Part shown: in pieces, positions 36,801 to 49,989 of the stretch
How the letters are laid out: each line of letters opens with the position of its first letter
Numbering within the stretch: the first letter of the stretch is position 1
From: Lama guanicoe
Lineage: Eukaryota
Assembly: GCA_013239625.1 (NCBI GenBank)
Contig: MU056000.1
Span: 7,415,214 to 7,479,213 of the forward strand
Length of the DNA stretch: 64,000 nt
Direction of reading: 5' to 3'
The notes under the pieces: generated by a model
The model's input: the letters and a program-made list of their open reading frames with translations, nothing else
Told to the model about the DNA's origin: nothing
Database searches by the model: none
Position numbers and translations under genes: made by a program

Positions 36801-39530
36801 CTTTCCAGGTCTTTGGCTCCACTGGAGAAACGCAACCCATACGATTATGGACGTTCATGACTTCTTCTGAAGTGCCTGCCCACAGGCTCCTGGCAGCACC
36901 AGATACCTCAGAAGTACGATCAGAAATTGCAGTCCTTCGTCATCTCAACTTCGGGCACTCCTGAGACTCGCTCCTGCTGCAGAGAAGGAGGGAGAGAGTT
37001 CACGATGTCCGTGGGCAAATGGGACTCGTGGATGCGGAGTGCCATCCGGGCTGCCCCTGCCCACCTCCTTCTGCAGTGTCAGTGGGCGACCAGGTCTCTG
37101 GGAGTCCCCTGTCAGAGCAGAGTTGAGGCCGTTTTCTGTGAAACTGAATCCCGTGAGGTGGGGCCAGACACCAGTCCTGAAGTGGATGCAAAGCCGGCTG
37201 TCTCCAGGGAAGAACCATGGGTACCGAGTTATCATGAAGAAAAGGTGAATAAATGAGCCAAGACTCAGCAGTAGGTATGATTTGTCTCGTGCAGCCTCCG
37301 GCAGGAGCACTGTCCCCACCCTCATCTGCACACACTACATCAAGACCGGCTTCTCATAATTTCCCCAGTTTGCTCTGTGAGACGAGGTCCAGCCCTGACG
37401 TCTGTCGGGTGTTCCTACCGGCAGGTTCCCCTGAAGACTCACGCTCGCTCATTTCCCATCCTAATGCCGGACTGTTGTTCCCGGCACTGCTGGGATTTAT
37501 CAGGGACTGTTGCAAGCTCCTAGTCACCATCAGTCTTTTCTAGGATGAAGCGCTGGCACTTTTTCTTTCTTACAGTATTTGCGGAAATCCTAACATGCCG
37601 TTCAAGCATTTGCTCGAGAGCCTTTTTGTCCTGTTGTGAGTAACTGGGCTCTGCCCGGGGCTGTGGGTGCCCTGCACACAGGACCCCTTAGAGCCCTGGT
37701 CCGTGTGTCTGGTTTTTGTTTCCTCAACAGCAGGTTCCTGCTGGGCCCCTTTGAGCCAGGCAGCTGCCCACTGGACCACGGTCTTCTGGGGAGGAAAAGG
37801 CAGAAGAACCCTCACCACCGACCCTTATAAAACCACAAAGTCCTGCTCACGACCACAGCTGGCCTCGGGTACCTCCTCGTGGCAGCGGGGGTGCTGTTGC
37901 CATAAAGAACTTCCAACAAAACAGCTCTTCCTGAAACGCTGACAGCCATCCTCTCAGCGTCGTGTCTCTCAATGATTGAAAACTTGTTTCCAGCGTCTCT
38001 GTACCTCTTGAGTCAGCTCCTCATTTCTGTGTCCTTGAATTCACATGTTTCTTCATTAACATTTAAAATGAGCAACTAAAAAATTCCTCTGGAGGTTTTT
38101 TGAAAGAAATGGGGGGCGGAGCAAAAAAAAAAAAAAAAGCCCACCACTGCCTGGTTTGATTGAGCTAGTTTTCAAGGGACTCAATTGAACGTCAGTGCCG
38201 CGTGCACGAGCTCCTCCCCCGAGCCAGGGGGAGATCAGGCTGACACCCTGCAGCGCTCTGACAGCCCTCGGCGGCGAGTGGATGTGTGTGATGTGATGTG
38301 AGTGTGCACGGACACACACGTGCCCACACACACACACACAAACTGGAAGTCCAGGTTTTGTGCTCACAAAAGTGACTGCTGCTGTGTCTCCCAGGTGATG
38401 TCAGGTGTGACCTGCTTGGATGGCGTGTACTGAAGGATGGACCAGCCCAAGACCCACTGGGAGCCCTCCGTCCAGTGTGACGTGTAACACAGCCAGTGTG
38501 TCCCAACCCAGGTCTTCTTGTTGCAAGGTGTTGTTGGCCCAGGCGGCTCCTGTGGGACCACCATTTCCATCCAGCTGGGCCACCTCTGTGCTGCTGATGG
38601 CACATCCTTGGGGTGGAGTGGCCGAGTCCGGGGTGGACTCTCGGCTCGGGGAGCCCCACCAGGCATTCAGCCCCTGGCCACAGGGTGAGAGCTGAATCTC
38701 TCGTAGTTTGGTGCCAGGCTAAGCACAGAATCAGCATTTTACCCTGAAGAGGCACCGGGATGTCCCCCAAGTCTGCCAAAGTATCAGATACTGTAATTCA
38801 TCAAAGTGAACACAACCTGGTTTTTGAGAGAAATTGGTTCATCATCATGTGACACCTTTATATTGGTTTTGAAGAAAATGTAGGAGTGAAACCAAATGCA
38901 GCCAGGACCCGCAGGCACAGCGCGGCCTGTGTTGGTGTGATGCTTTATGAAATTTTGGGAGGTCGCATTGAAGCACTTTAACACCAGTTTTTGAGCAGAA
39001 GTTCTAGAAGCTGGAACTGCATGAACTGGTTTCATCTGTTGAACTGGATGAAAACCAGAAAAAGATGCTGTAAACCTGGGGGTGTTACCAGTAACACCGT
39101 GAGCCTTTGGGCCACCCTAAGGAATTTGAATAACAGGCCCCATTCAAATGAACAGGTCAAGCTGATCTCACTGGAATTTTTTTTTTTTTATGTGAATCCT
39201 TGTTCTGCCTGGCATATACCAGGTGTCTGAGGATGTATGTTTTTAACAAGGGTGACTTTGTGACAGGTTAAGAATTGAATGGACTCTGCACAGGTGCCAG
39301 GTACCAGTTTATGACGTGCGGGAATAAGCTCTATTTTCTGAATGTAAAGCTATTTTCATTGACATTTCTAAAAATCCCATAGGCTTCTGGATATTACAAA
39401 AATGTTGAATAAGGATATAATTGTGTAAATTTCAAAGTGCTTTATTTTGAGGTGAGAGTTTTGTTACAGTTTATAAAAGATATTTTCCTATTTAGACCTC
39501 AGGGTTATTTGGGGACCTAGAAATAAATGA
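33609..39530 (+). other. ANKRD33B: Probable long 3'UTR of ANKRD33B (3' end uncertain)
   Basis: Follows the stop codon; I see almost no interspersed repeats until about 39.6 kb. AATAAA candidates near 34533, 34571 and 39522-39527, plus TATAAA near 39473. Confidence 0.5.
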
Positions 39531-39900
39531 CTCCCAGCAGTTTCAATCCTTGATATCCAAAAGGTTAATCATCTTTAAGATAAATATGATATATTATTCA
39601 GCAGAAAGAATGTGTCTTTCCCTTTTAACTCCTAACAAACTCTGTATCTAAAGTTTAAAAAGTAGAGAAAAAAAGATGTGTGAATGTAAAAATGTGGGGA
39701 AATTGTGGCTACAGAATTAAAAATCACTTGTGACATAAACATTCTTATGGTACAATGGTGTGGTATTTAAATAAACCTAAGTGTGTGTAAATTAGAAAAA
39801 TGATAAGTGAAATACACCAATATTTTTAATGTTACTTATTTTGATCAAAATAGATGTGTGCTTTATCTGATCTGCTTCTATTTCTCAAAGGTAAGATTTT

Positions 39901-40057
39901 TGTCCTTTTTTGTTTGTTTATCTTTTTGTTGTTGGGGGTGGGTAGGTAATTAGGTTTATTTATTTAGTTAGTTTTAGAAGAGGGACTGGGGATTGAACCC
40001 AGGACCCTGTACATGCTGAGCATGCACTTTAGTACTTGAGCTATACCCTCTCCTGCT
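39901..40057 (-). mobile_element. vic-1-like SINE
   Basis: Reverse complement of the same SINE head and tail. TSD tcaaaggtaagatttt (39885-39900) / tcaaaggtaagacttt (40058-40073). Confidence 0.88.
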
Positions 40058-40439
40058 TCAAAGGTAAGACTTTTAAATTCATGAGTTACCCTTGAATACT
40101 TCCCACAGGTTACAATAATCTTGTTACAGTCTCCTCCTTCTCAGAAGTACCTGTTGGGAGGGAAACTTCCTTCAGCTGTGTCTCCGCATATTTATTTACA
40201 TGTGTCTATAGAAAGACATTTAGTTTTGTTTCTCCATGTATTCTTTTTACCTAAGTGCTACAGGATAAATGTTGTTCTTTAGTTTCTTTTCTTTACTCCA
40301 GACATGTCCTTGAAAAGCTTTTCAAAGAGCTTAACAATTAGTTTCATATTCTTTTCACAGCTAAAAAAAAAGTAATGCTGCAACACAGGAGAAATACACC
40401 AAACACCGTAAAAGATGAAAAGTGACCCACCCTCTCCCG

Positions 40440-41290
40440 GGCCAGTCCCTCAGATGCTGTTTGTGTCTTTCTAGAAATGTACTTTAGATGTCTTCTCCCC
40501 TTCGTGTGTACACAGGTGAGATGGTGTTGTCTACAGTCTCACCCTCTGTTCTCGTTGATTGCTGTGCATCGTTTCTCTGGAGAGCTGCACCCTGGTTCAT
40601 TAAAGCATCTCCTCCCGATGGACTGTTAACACTGTTTCCAGTTCTTACCACTTGCAAGTTACCACTTGAACTTACCCAATTGTATACATGCGTATACACT
40701 AGTGAATGCTTCCCCAAGACAGGCGTGTAGAGGTGGGACTTGCTGGATGGAAGGGAAGATGCGTTTTAATTTCAGTAGTCACTGCTGTGTTGCCCTTTTC
40801 AAAGGCTGCTGAGTATTTCCCGCTGGCAGTGGACAAAAAAGGCGACTTCCTGCCTGCAGCAACAGGTTTGCAGCCACGGTTCCAGCCAGGGACATGAAAG
40901 GCAGCTGGAAGTCCCAGGTCGGCCAACAGAACAACCTGCTGTTTGTCAGACAGCCTAATGTTGGCCAACCTGCCGGTTAAAAGTGGAATCTCACTTGAGT
41001 TTTTATTTCCTGTTTTAAAATTTATTTTTATTTGTTTCTCATTTTTAAAGGATTTTACTTTTTGGTGTCTTTTTTTGCTGGTTTGTAGGAGTTTGCTATG
41101 CATTTCAGGTCACAGGTCTTTGACACACGCTGTGTCTCTTTTCCTCACGTTGTATCACTAATCTTTGAGGTATCTGGTATAAAAGCTTTAAATTATCATT
41201 TAGTCAAACTTGCCAAACTTCTTACTTCATATTTGCATTTTTTTAATGAAGAAAGCTTTTCCTACCCCAAACCAGCAACGTTTTTCTTCT
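40440..41290 (-). mobile_element. Diverged L1M(E) fragments
   Basis: cctcccgatggactgttaacactgtttccagtt...gggacttgctggatggaaggg...gttggccaacctgccggttaaaagtggaatctcac. Confidence 0.5.
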
Positions 41291-42966
41291 ACAGTTTCAT
41301 CTAATGATTTGTGGGTACTTTACTTTTTACCTCAAAAAAAGACATTCGTACCCAATTCATCACTTAGGCTATTTTTGATGGGACCCAAAACCAAGCAGCT
41401 CCTATTTATTTGGGAACTTCTACTCTGCCTTTGGGAAATCTAAAGTCTAACGCATTAAAAACCATAATCCTCATTAAATTCTACTCACCCCAAAATCATA
41501 ATTATTAAGGAAGGACATAAATAGGAAGCCCAGTTTTAGATAAAGCTTTGTTCTGGGCCAAGAGTCTTATTGGAGGTTATTTGTATTTGTGGTTTGTGAA
41601 GGAGCAGATGGCGGGAAGGTAACATACAAGGGGCAGTCCTTATTAAGCTAGCAGAGGACTGACAGGAAAAGGGAGGCAAGTGGTTTTGCTGCCTTTATTC
41701 TCCTGACTGACCCTGCTTCTCGCTCCATGAGGGTCTAAGGTGATGGTCCTCAGGCAGCGCGTTCCCCGGATGCTCAGCTGTCCGCGGCCTCTGCACTGGG
41801 CAGCCGTGTGGTCAAGAATGTCGTCACCCCTGAAACCTCGAGGCTTCTGTGTGCAGCCCTGGTTGCCCCTCACAAAGGCCCTTCACATGGTCACTGGCTC
41901 CCAGCAGGTCACTCTTGCTGCTTTCCTTGATGCTGACCACTGACCGGACTGGGTTCCAGCTAGGGACATAAAAGGCGGCTGGAAATCCCAGGTCGGCTGA
42001 CAGAACAACCTTTGATGTGCAGATTGCTCAGGTCAGTAGTCAGCTCGACCCAGAGGTCCCAGTCCCAGGGCGGGCAGACTGTCCCTGCAGCAGGCTGACC
42101 GATCACAGGCATGGGGCGGCCACCTCTGCCCATCCCGCATCTCCCGGTCGGCCTGTCTGAGCTCACTACTGTGCTCACTTAAAAAAACAGCAAAAACCTA
42201 ACAAAATGTTAACACATTTTTCTGGATTAAAAAATTTAAGTATATCAAGCACACCCAAATCCACCTTGCTATTTCAAAAGCATTATTCGAAACACAAAAT
42301 CAAGGAATCAGGGAGCAGCAAGAATATGATGTCAACTTTTCATGAGCTCTTACTGGAAAAAGTGGCTTTATTAGTGCCAGGAGCCTACCTGAGAAGCTAG
42401 ACCAGAAAAGCCCCTCTCTGGGCCACCAGAGACAGGAGGGCTCGGGGACATGGACTGTGGTGGGGAAGCTGTCACCTGAGAGTGGAAAGGGTTGCAAAAG
42501 GTCCTCACTCCCTGGGCAAAGGAGTCCCTTGGCTGGGAGCCCTGAGCCATCCCAGGGCCACTTCACCCCTGTCCCTGGGGGTGGGATGACCAGCTGTTAC
42601 CTTCCAACCTGAGTGGTCACTGAAAGATGCGGACGTGATGTCCTCCCTGACCAAACCCCACTGGAAGGGGCAGCCCTTGGTTGAAGTGCATGATGCCTTC
42701 TGTGGGGTGAGAGGTCACAGTTTGGGGGGCTGAGAAGCAATCACTCTCCTTCCCTCCCACTGCTGTTTCTCTAACTCAACACACTTCTGGTCCTGGACTC
42801 AGGCCAGGGGGCCCTTAAGATATCTGGGCAACCCTCATGTTCTCCTCAAGTCAGCAGACGGACCTCTGCAGTTGCATAAAGCAGTGATGCCCAAAGGGCC
42901 ACTCCCCAGGACCAGCAGCAGCAGCGCTTGGAAAACTGTCAGAAATACACCTTCCCGGGTCATACC

Positions 42967-43428
42967 TGTATTAGTGTCCTGTGATCGCTAGAACAAATTA
43001 CCACAAACTTGGATGGCTTCAAGGGAGAGAAATGTATTGCCTCGCAGATGGGGAGGCCAGAAGTTCGAAATCATGGTGTCAGCAGGGCCAAGCTCCCTCT
43101 GGAAGCTCCAGGGGAGGACCAGTCCCTGACTCCTACAGCAGCTGGCGGTGGCCAGTGGTCCTCGGTGTTCCTTAACTTGTGGCAGCCTCCGTTCGCCCAC
43201 CTGCCTCCACTACCACACGGCCCGCCTCCTCTTGTGCGTCTGTGTCCATATTTCCCTCCGTTTATAAGGTCACCGGTCATTGCATTAGCACCCACCCGAA
43301 TTCAGCACGGCCTTGTGTTAACTGAATTTCATGTGCAAAGACCCTATTTCTGAATAAGGCCATGTTAAAGGTACCCGAAGTCAGGACTTCAGCAACTCCT
43401 TTCGGGGGACACAACTCAACCTGCATCA
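42967..43428 (-). mobile_element. MLT1 (C/D-like) LTR, apparently inserted into a MER5A remnant
   Basis: tgtattagtgtcctgtgatcgctagaacaaattaccacaaacttggatggcttc...gaccctatttctgaataaggccatgtt...gggggacacaactcaacc. Confidence 0.8.
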
Positions 43429-45388
43429 CCACCAGACTACTGAGTCAGAGATGCCGGGAGCCTGGGAGTGCATCCACCCAAACTCTGCCCTCTCCCCGAC
43501 ACTCAGGCATCAGCCCTCCCACCTCGATGACCACTGGTGTCCTGTCGTTACCATCCCCATCCCCCTGCCCCCTGTGCCTTCCCAGTCCCTCAAGGTTAGA
43601 AGGCTTCAGAGCTCCCCTCCCCCTGTCTGGGCTGTGCTGCCGTCTATGCTGCTCTCTGTGTGCGTCTCTGGCGGTCACTCCGGGGGCCCAGGCTCTGTAG
43701 ATGAGCAGGACCTGAAGGAAGCTCGAAACACCCTGGGGCAGCCCACCATCCACACCCCCACTTCACCTGCCCAGGAGTCGAGGAACTGACCTGCCACCAG
43801 CTGCTTCCCGGCTACGAAGCGCCTCTCAGGACACACTGATTAGACCCTGTTGATGAGGGTGCTGGTGTTGACTAGAAGGATGTTATACGACAGTGAAAAC
43901 CAGTTAAGTCAGCTTGGTAGAAACAGCAATGTGGAAAATACTCTGCTTTATTAGACCAGCCTGGCTCTTCTCCCAGAAAAGCATATGGGGAAGAAGATGG
44001 TTGGCTTGCTTAATTAAACCGAATGACAATATGCATATTCTAAGCTGTGTGGGGACAGGTCTTTGGAGACAGACAGACAAAGGTCTGCCCCTGGCTCTGT
44101 TACATGTTTTCTTTGTGATGCTGGCAGTGTGAGTCATTTCCTTACAGAAGATGGGTCTCTGTATGAACGCTGCCCACCCCTGCCAGTCCTGGGCAGAGAG
44201 ATGCTGGGGGCCACTCTGACCACATACTCTGTGTTCATTGCCTTGATTGACAGTCCTCAGAGATTCTCCATCTCTTCTCTGCCTCCATGCCCTCCAGTTG
44301 ATCAGGAATGTCTCTCAAGAACCCTAGTGATTCTCAATGGAAGGTAGATCAGCATACTATGGTCTGCAGTGGGGTGAGGAGAGACGTGTGTTTTAAAAGC
44401 CTTCCGAGTTCTAACATCCCCCCTGGAAGAATCAGGCCCAAGCCCTTGAGCCCTGGGCCCCGTGTGAGCCGCAGTTCTGGCCTTGGACCATGCAGAGTCT
44501 CCAAACAGGTGGAGAGGTGACCTCAGCTCCTGGCCCCTAGGGCCGCACTACCAACATGGTTGGTGGACTCTATGCTCTGTGCTTGGCTTAGCTGCTGTGG
44601 TGTCCTCAGTGCCCGGGACCGTGTCCCAGACCAGCTTGGTCAAGATCTTTCCAACCATGGAAGAAGGAAGAAGGGTAGTCCCTAGGATAAACGATACATT
44701 TCTCCCCAGAGCCTAAATGAAGACTGGCTAAGAGTCCATCCTCAGGCCTTCTGAGAGGAGAACTTAGAACTGTGTTTCCATGCAGTGAAAGTGCAATCTA
44801 GTCCTTCAGGATTTCTCCCCTTTTGTAATCTGGCCCAGTAAAGACCTTCGAGAGGAATGGGTTTCAAATGTCTCCTAGGGTTACCCATCCTGAGAGCAAG
44901 ACTTAGACATCTCTGAGGTGCCAACCAGCATTTGACAGCCTGAGGACTTGACTGTTCCTCCAGCTCTGGGGGCCCTGCCCCACCTGGGATGACGTCTGCT
45001 GGTTGACAGGAGCCGTGTAAGCAGAGGGACATCTGACCTCTTCTCTGAGGAGACAGAGGACACCAGAGACGGCCCTGGGTGGTCAGAGGGTGGGGGTGAG
45101 AATTAGATGGGTACGGGATGAATTGAGTGTGGAAATGACAGTGGAGTGTTCTGGTCTTTCAAGAANNNNNNNNNNNNNNNNNNNNNNNNNNNNNNNNNNN
45201 NNNNNNNNNNNNNNNNNNNNNNNNNNNNNNNNNNNNNNNNNNNNNNNNNNNNNNNNNNNNNNNNNNNNNNNNNNNNNNNNNNNNNNNNNNNNNNNNNNNN
45301 NNNNNNNNNNNNNNNNNNNNNNNNNNNNNNNNNNNNNNNNNNNNNNNNNNNNNNNNNNNNNNNNNNNNNNNNNNNNNNNNNNNNNNNN

Positions 45389-45970
45389 AAAAAAAAACCC
45401 ATTCATTTGAAAAGGTACATGCACTGCATGCTCATAACAGTATTATTTACANNNNNNNNNNNNNNNNNNNNNNNNNNNNNNNNNNNNNNNNNNNNNNNNN
45501 NNNNNNNNNNNNNNNNNNNNNNNNNNNNNNNNNNNNNNNNNNNNNNNNNNNNNNNNNNNNNNNNNNNNNNNNNNNNNNNNNNNNNNNNNNNNNNNNNNNG
45601 CTGCATGAAATATGTCAGACTGAGAAAGACAAATACTGTATGATATGACTTATATGCTGAATCTTAAAAAATACTAGTGAATATAACACAAAAGAAGCAG
45701 ACTCACAGATGCAGAGAACAAACGTGGTTACCAATAGGGAGAGGGAAGCGGGGAGGAGCAATATATGGGTAGGGGATTAAGAGGTACAAACTATTAGGTA
45801 TAAAATAAGCCACAAAGATGTATTGTACAACATGGGGAATATAACCAATATTTTATAATAACCGTAAGTGGGGTATAACCTGTAAAAATTGTGAGTCACT
45901 ATACTGTACACCTATAACTTCTATAACATTACTGTGCATCAACTATACTTCAGTAAAAAATAAAAAAAAT
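45389..45970 (+). mobile_element. L1 3' end interrupted by N-gaps
   Basis: gtcagactgagaaagacaaatactgtatgatatgacttatatg...ggtacaaactattaggtataaaataagc...caactatacttcagtaaaaaataaaaaaa. Confidence 0.85.
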
Positions 45971-45974
45971 TGGT

Positions 45975-46155
45975 GGTGAAAAGCATAGAACTTGGCATCA
46001 GATTGATCTTAGCATTGCTACCTACTAGCTATGTAAACTAAGTTATTTTATCATACTAAGCCGTAGTTTCCTCATCTGTGTAACAGTAATAATATCAACA
46101 TCTACCAAGTAGACTTGCTGTAAGTGCCTGGTACCTAGGAAGCGCTCAATAAGTG
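45975..46155 (+). mobile_element. MIR
   Basis: ctactagctatgtaaac...agtttcctcatctgtgtaacagtaataatatc...gtgcctggtacctaggaagcgctcaataag. Confidence 0.65.
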
Positions 46156-47827
46156 TGAGGAGGAGGATGACAGTGGCGGTGATGGTGGTGATGATGGTGA
46201 TTTAGGGTCAAAATCTCTTCCTGTAGGTAATCTCTCTACTTGGATGCTTTTGTGATTCATGAAAAATAGTAACTCTGGTTAAGTTTAGATAGTTTAAACA
46301 AAGTGTTAATTAACAAATACCCGTTTATCATTGCTGTCTTGTGTTCAGGTTACCCAATTGTCCTTGAAGAAAATACTCTGTGTATCGACCTAATGCCACT
46401 TCTCTTTCTTAGACACTGCAGTTTTGTGCCTGCACATTAATAACCTTGGTATTTCCCTCATTTCCAAGGAAAACTTTTTTGGAGGGGGGAAGCTTTTGAT
46501 ACATTAAGAGACTCTATGGGAATTGTTAAATAACGTAACCTATTAACTTGAAAAAAATTAGTATTAAGGCAGGAAAACCTTTAGCTGTGAAACCCAAACA
46601 ATAAGTATATGAAGGAATTTCTTAGTTATGTTAACTGGAGTGATGGGCTTAGCACCATCTTAGGGCTTTTAAAGATACAGGGCTTGACATTACACATAAT
46701 TTGAGGGGATGCCCTTACTGTACTTTATGGAAATCTGACTGTGGTTACCCCAAGCACTGTTTCTTAGATTTTGTTTATGTTTTGTTTTGTTTTTTGGGTT
46801 ACTGTTGTTTTTGTTCAGAGATCCTTTCTGCTCCTGAAATCTACCTTCGTAGGTCCAGTTTGTACTTGGCTGAGAGCTGGCACTTTTCAGGATGTACGCT
46901 TCTCACTCCGGTCCCATGAGGTGAGGATGGGTGTCCACCCACAGTGATCTGGTTTCCAAATTGCAGCTAGACTGAGAAGATTCAAGAGCTACAAACACCC
47001 TCATAGCCTTCCTGGTTCTTCTTTGAGACATCTGACGCTTGTGCATTGTGGTGACTGGAACAGGATGAGTCTTAACTCAGCTGAAAGAGCTGCTTATTCA
47101 CACTGAGTGACTTCTGTAGCCACACGTGGCCTCCGCTGCTAGTGACGGTACCCCGACAAGTAGTGCTTTTTGGAAGTGACTGAACCTGAAAGTTTCTGGC
47201 CAACTGACGGACAGAGGTGGGAGCATCATCGGTACCCGAGATAGAGAATTGTGTGATAAAGCTCGTGACTTTTGCAAGCTGTTGTTCCATCTCTGTGATG
47301 AAATTTATTTTACATATACCTTGTGCCATAATCTAGGGGTCCACGTTGCAGCTAAAAGTAGAACCAAGTCTTGGAACATTTTCAGTCCCGAGAGATGTAA
47401 AGGATGCCAGCAGTCCACGTCTACAATCTCAGTAGTGCGGAGTTATGGGTAAGCTCCAGAGGTAAGAAATGGCCACATTCCCCAAGAATTCACCGTAGCC
47501 TTCGTCTTTCTGAGATAAAGAAAGGATTTGTGCAGGGGCTGCGGGGTGGGGGCTAAGCTAGGAGACCGCGATACAGGACTAGGCTAAGTCCCGGGCTGAA
47601 GGCGATCGTTACCTACACGAGTTCCCCCTCCCCCTACATCAGGCTTAGCTGCTCCCCTGCAGAATCGCTCACGTTTCCCTCTACTCCTGAAAGCAGCACT
47701 TTCGGATGGGTCAAGACTCATCCTGTTCCAGTCACGTGTACTGATGACTCTGAGGTTAATCAGCTTGAGACACATGGACCATTTGGGAAAACAGGCTGCA
47801 ATCGTTTGGAGAGAAGTTTCTAGATCT

Positions 47828-47930
47828 TCTTCTTTTTCTTTTTCTTTCTTTTTAATGGAGGAACTGGAGAATGAACCCAGGACCTCATGCACGCTGAGTA
47901 TGCGCTCTACCATTGAGCTCTGTCCACCCA
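47828..47930 (-). mobile_element. vic-1-like SINE
   Basis: tttttaatggaggaactggagaatgaacccaggacctcatgcacgctgagtatgcgctctaccattgagct; a short agatctt repeat flanks both sides. Confidence 0.85.
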
Positions 47931-48339
47931 CCAGATCTTTGGAGAATATTTAAGTAGCTGAGCCAAAAGCCCGTGCCGTCCCACCCGTCCTAGGTGAGTT
48001 TGCTGCAGAAGCCACGAGGGGCGTTTATCTTGGCACTTCTTTGTATCGGTGACTGAGAAAACAACCCTTAAGCCGCAGAGCGTTGCACGCTCTCCCTGAA
48101 GGAAAAGGCTTGCTTTATCTAAAATTTTCCATTGTATCCGGGAGCAAATCTGCATCGTAGCAATTTGCTCTTTTCTGCTCCAGGGACTGAAAAGCACACA
48201 CAAGCTTGAGCTACTGTAGCTGCTTCTACTGAACGTGCCCTTGTCACTGACATACATATAATTCTTTTTTCAAGATTCCAAGATGAGGGAAATTTGCCTT
48301 TAATTATTTCATTGCATTACTGTAAGGCCAGGACCATGA

Positions 48340-48556
48340 AGGTCCCTCAGCTTCGGTACTGCTGACGTTTTGGTCTGGATAATTCTTTGTTGTGGGGCCG
48401 TCCTGTGCATGATGGGGTTTTTATCAGCATCCCTGGCCTCTGCTCACTAGTGTCCCCCGCTTCCTCTGTAATCCTCGGTTGTGATAACCAAAGCCATCTT
48501 CAGACATTGCCCAGCGTTCTCCGGAGCTACCGTTGCCCCCAGTGAAAACCACGGCC
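48340..48556 (-). mobile_element. MER20 DNA transposon
   Basis: ctcagcttcggtactgctgacgttttggtctggataattctttgttgtggggccgtcctgtgcat...cagcatccctggcctctgctcactag...cagacattgcc. Confidence 0.8.
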
Positions 48557-49102
48557 CTAGAGATAATGAAGATCGTTACTGATGCTCTAGGCACATTTCA
48601 TGCTCTCAATGCATCTCTATTTAAAGAACGACACAAACAGGTTTCTGGGAACTTGTGCAGAAGCTGAGCCCTGTGCTACCAAGTGTCAAACTCTTTCTTT
48701 TAGGTGACCCACGGCAGCACAGAATGACAATGCTGAAATGTGATTTAAAAAAAAACCTCATTCAGGGCTCCTGGGTAGAGTCCCAAATCCTCCAGATTAT
48801 ATCAGTTCATTATACCAGATCATGTTGGGTCCTTTCCAGTTGACAAATTGGATTTTTTTTTTTTGAAAGCATGGCAGTTGGACTTCTAATAATGTTTAGG
48901 ATTAAAGGGGAGGATGAGGGAAAAATTATTTTCTCTTGTCATGCCTGCCCTTAATTGAATTTCAGGATGTCTGTTTGGAAGAGCAAGTTAAATGTTAGAC
49001 AGAATTTTGTGAAGGCGTGCAGATGCTTCAACGTGGTCGTAGTGAAAACAGATCCAAGATGCTCCGAGGATCCCAAGAAAAGTGAACTTCAACAAACTCT
49101 CG

Positions 49103-49618
49103 AGATGGTCCATTTTATGTGTCAAGTTGGCTGGGCCATGGTGCTTAGATATTTGGTCAAACATTATTCTGGATGTTTCTGTGAGGGTGTTTCTGATTGA
49201 GATTTACATGTAAATCAGTGGAATTTGAGTGAAGCGGACTATCTTCTGTAACATGGGTGGGCCTCATTCAATCAGTTGAAGGCCTGAAGAGAACGCAAAA
49301 GAAGACAGAATTCTGCCAGCGGGCAGCTTATTAGACTTGACCTGTGTGGGCTCTTCTGTGGCTCTCCAGCCTGCTGGCCCACCTGAAGATTTTGGACTTG
49401 CCAACCTCCATAATCACTGGGCCAGGAATTTCTGTTTGTTTAAGGAATTTAAAGCAAATATCTCTATCTATCTGTCTATCTATCTCTCTATCTATCTATT
49501 TAATCTATTGGCTATGTATTTCTTTATATCCATGTTATCTATCTATTTGTCCAGCTAACTAGCTATCCATCATCTTTCTCCTGCTGGTTCTTTTTCTCTG
49601 AGAACCCCAGTTAATACA
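49103..49618 (+). mobile_element. MLT2 LTR with internal (TCTA)n
   Basis: gatggtccattttatgtgtcaagttggctgggcc...gatatttggtcaaacattattctggatgtttctgtgaggg...tctctgagaaccccagttaataca. Confidence 0.85.
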
Positions 49619-49989
49619 AGTACTAAGGATATTTCAAGAATTCCAAATTTCATGGTTCACCACCACCACCCACTCATCCCCACTCCATTCTTCTGGAACA
49701 TATGGTTGTAGACGCCTCCTGGGAGGGTTAGGAAATGCTTGGGTTTTTTTGTTTTGTGTTTTTTTTTTTTTTTTTTTTTTCCTAAGAGGCCAGCAGGTTG
49801 CCAAGTCTTGGGGGAAAAAAGTTGACTTTGGGGTTTGCGAAAAGAAGCATTTAACCAGCACGGCAGCTGTGAAGTTAGAAAAAAGCCTCAGAACAGCAGA
49901 AGAACATCACAGGCTGCCGAGGCAGGAGATAGACGTTTTAAAAATAATTCATTAATTAAAAACACGCTGGGTCTGGCAGTAATTCTCTT

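Noticed and set aside
45083-45643. ORFs spanning N-runs (also near 18.5, 20.5, 35.8, 59.5 and 61.6 kb)
   Set aside because: Artefacts of translating through assembly gaps.
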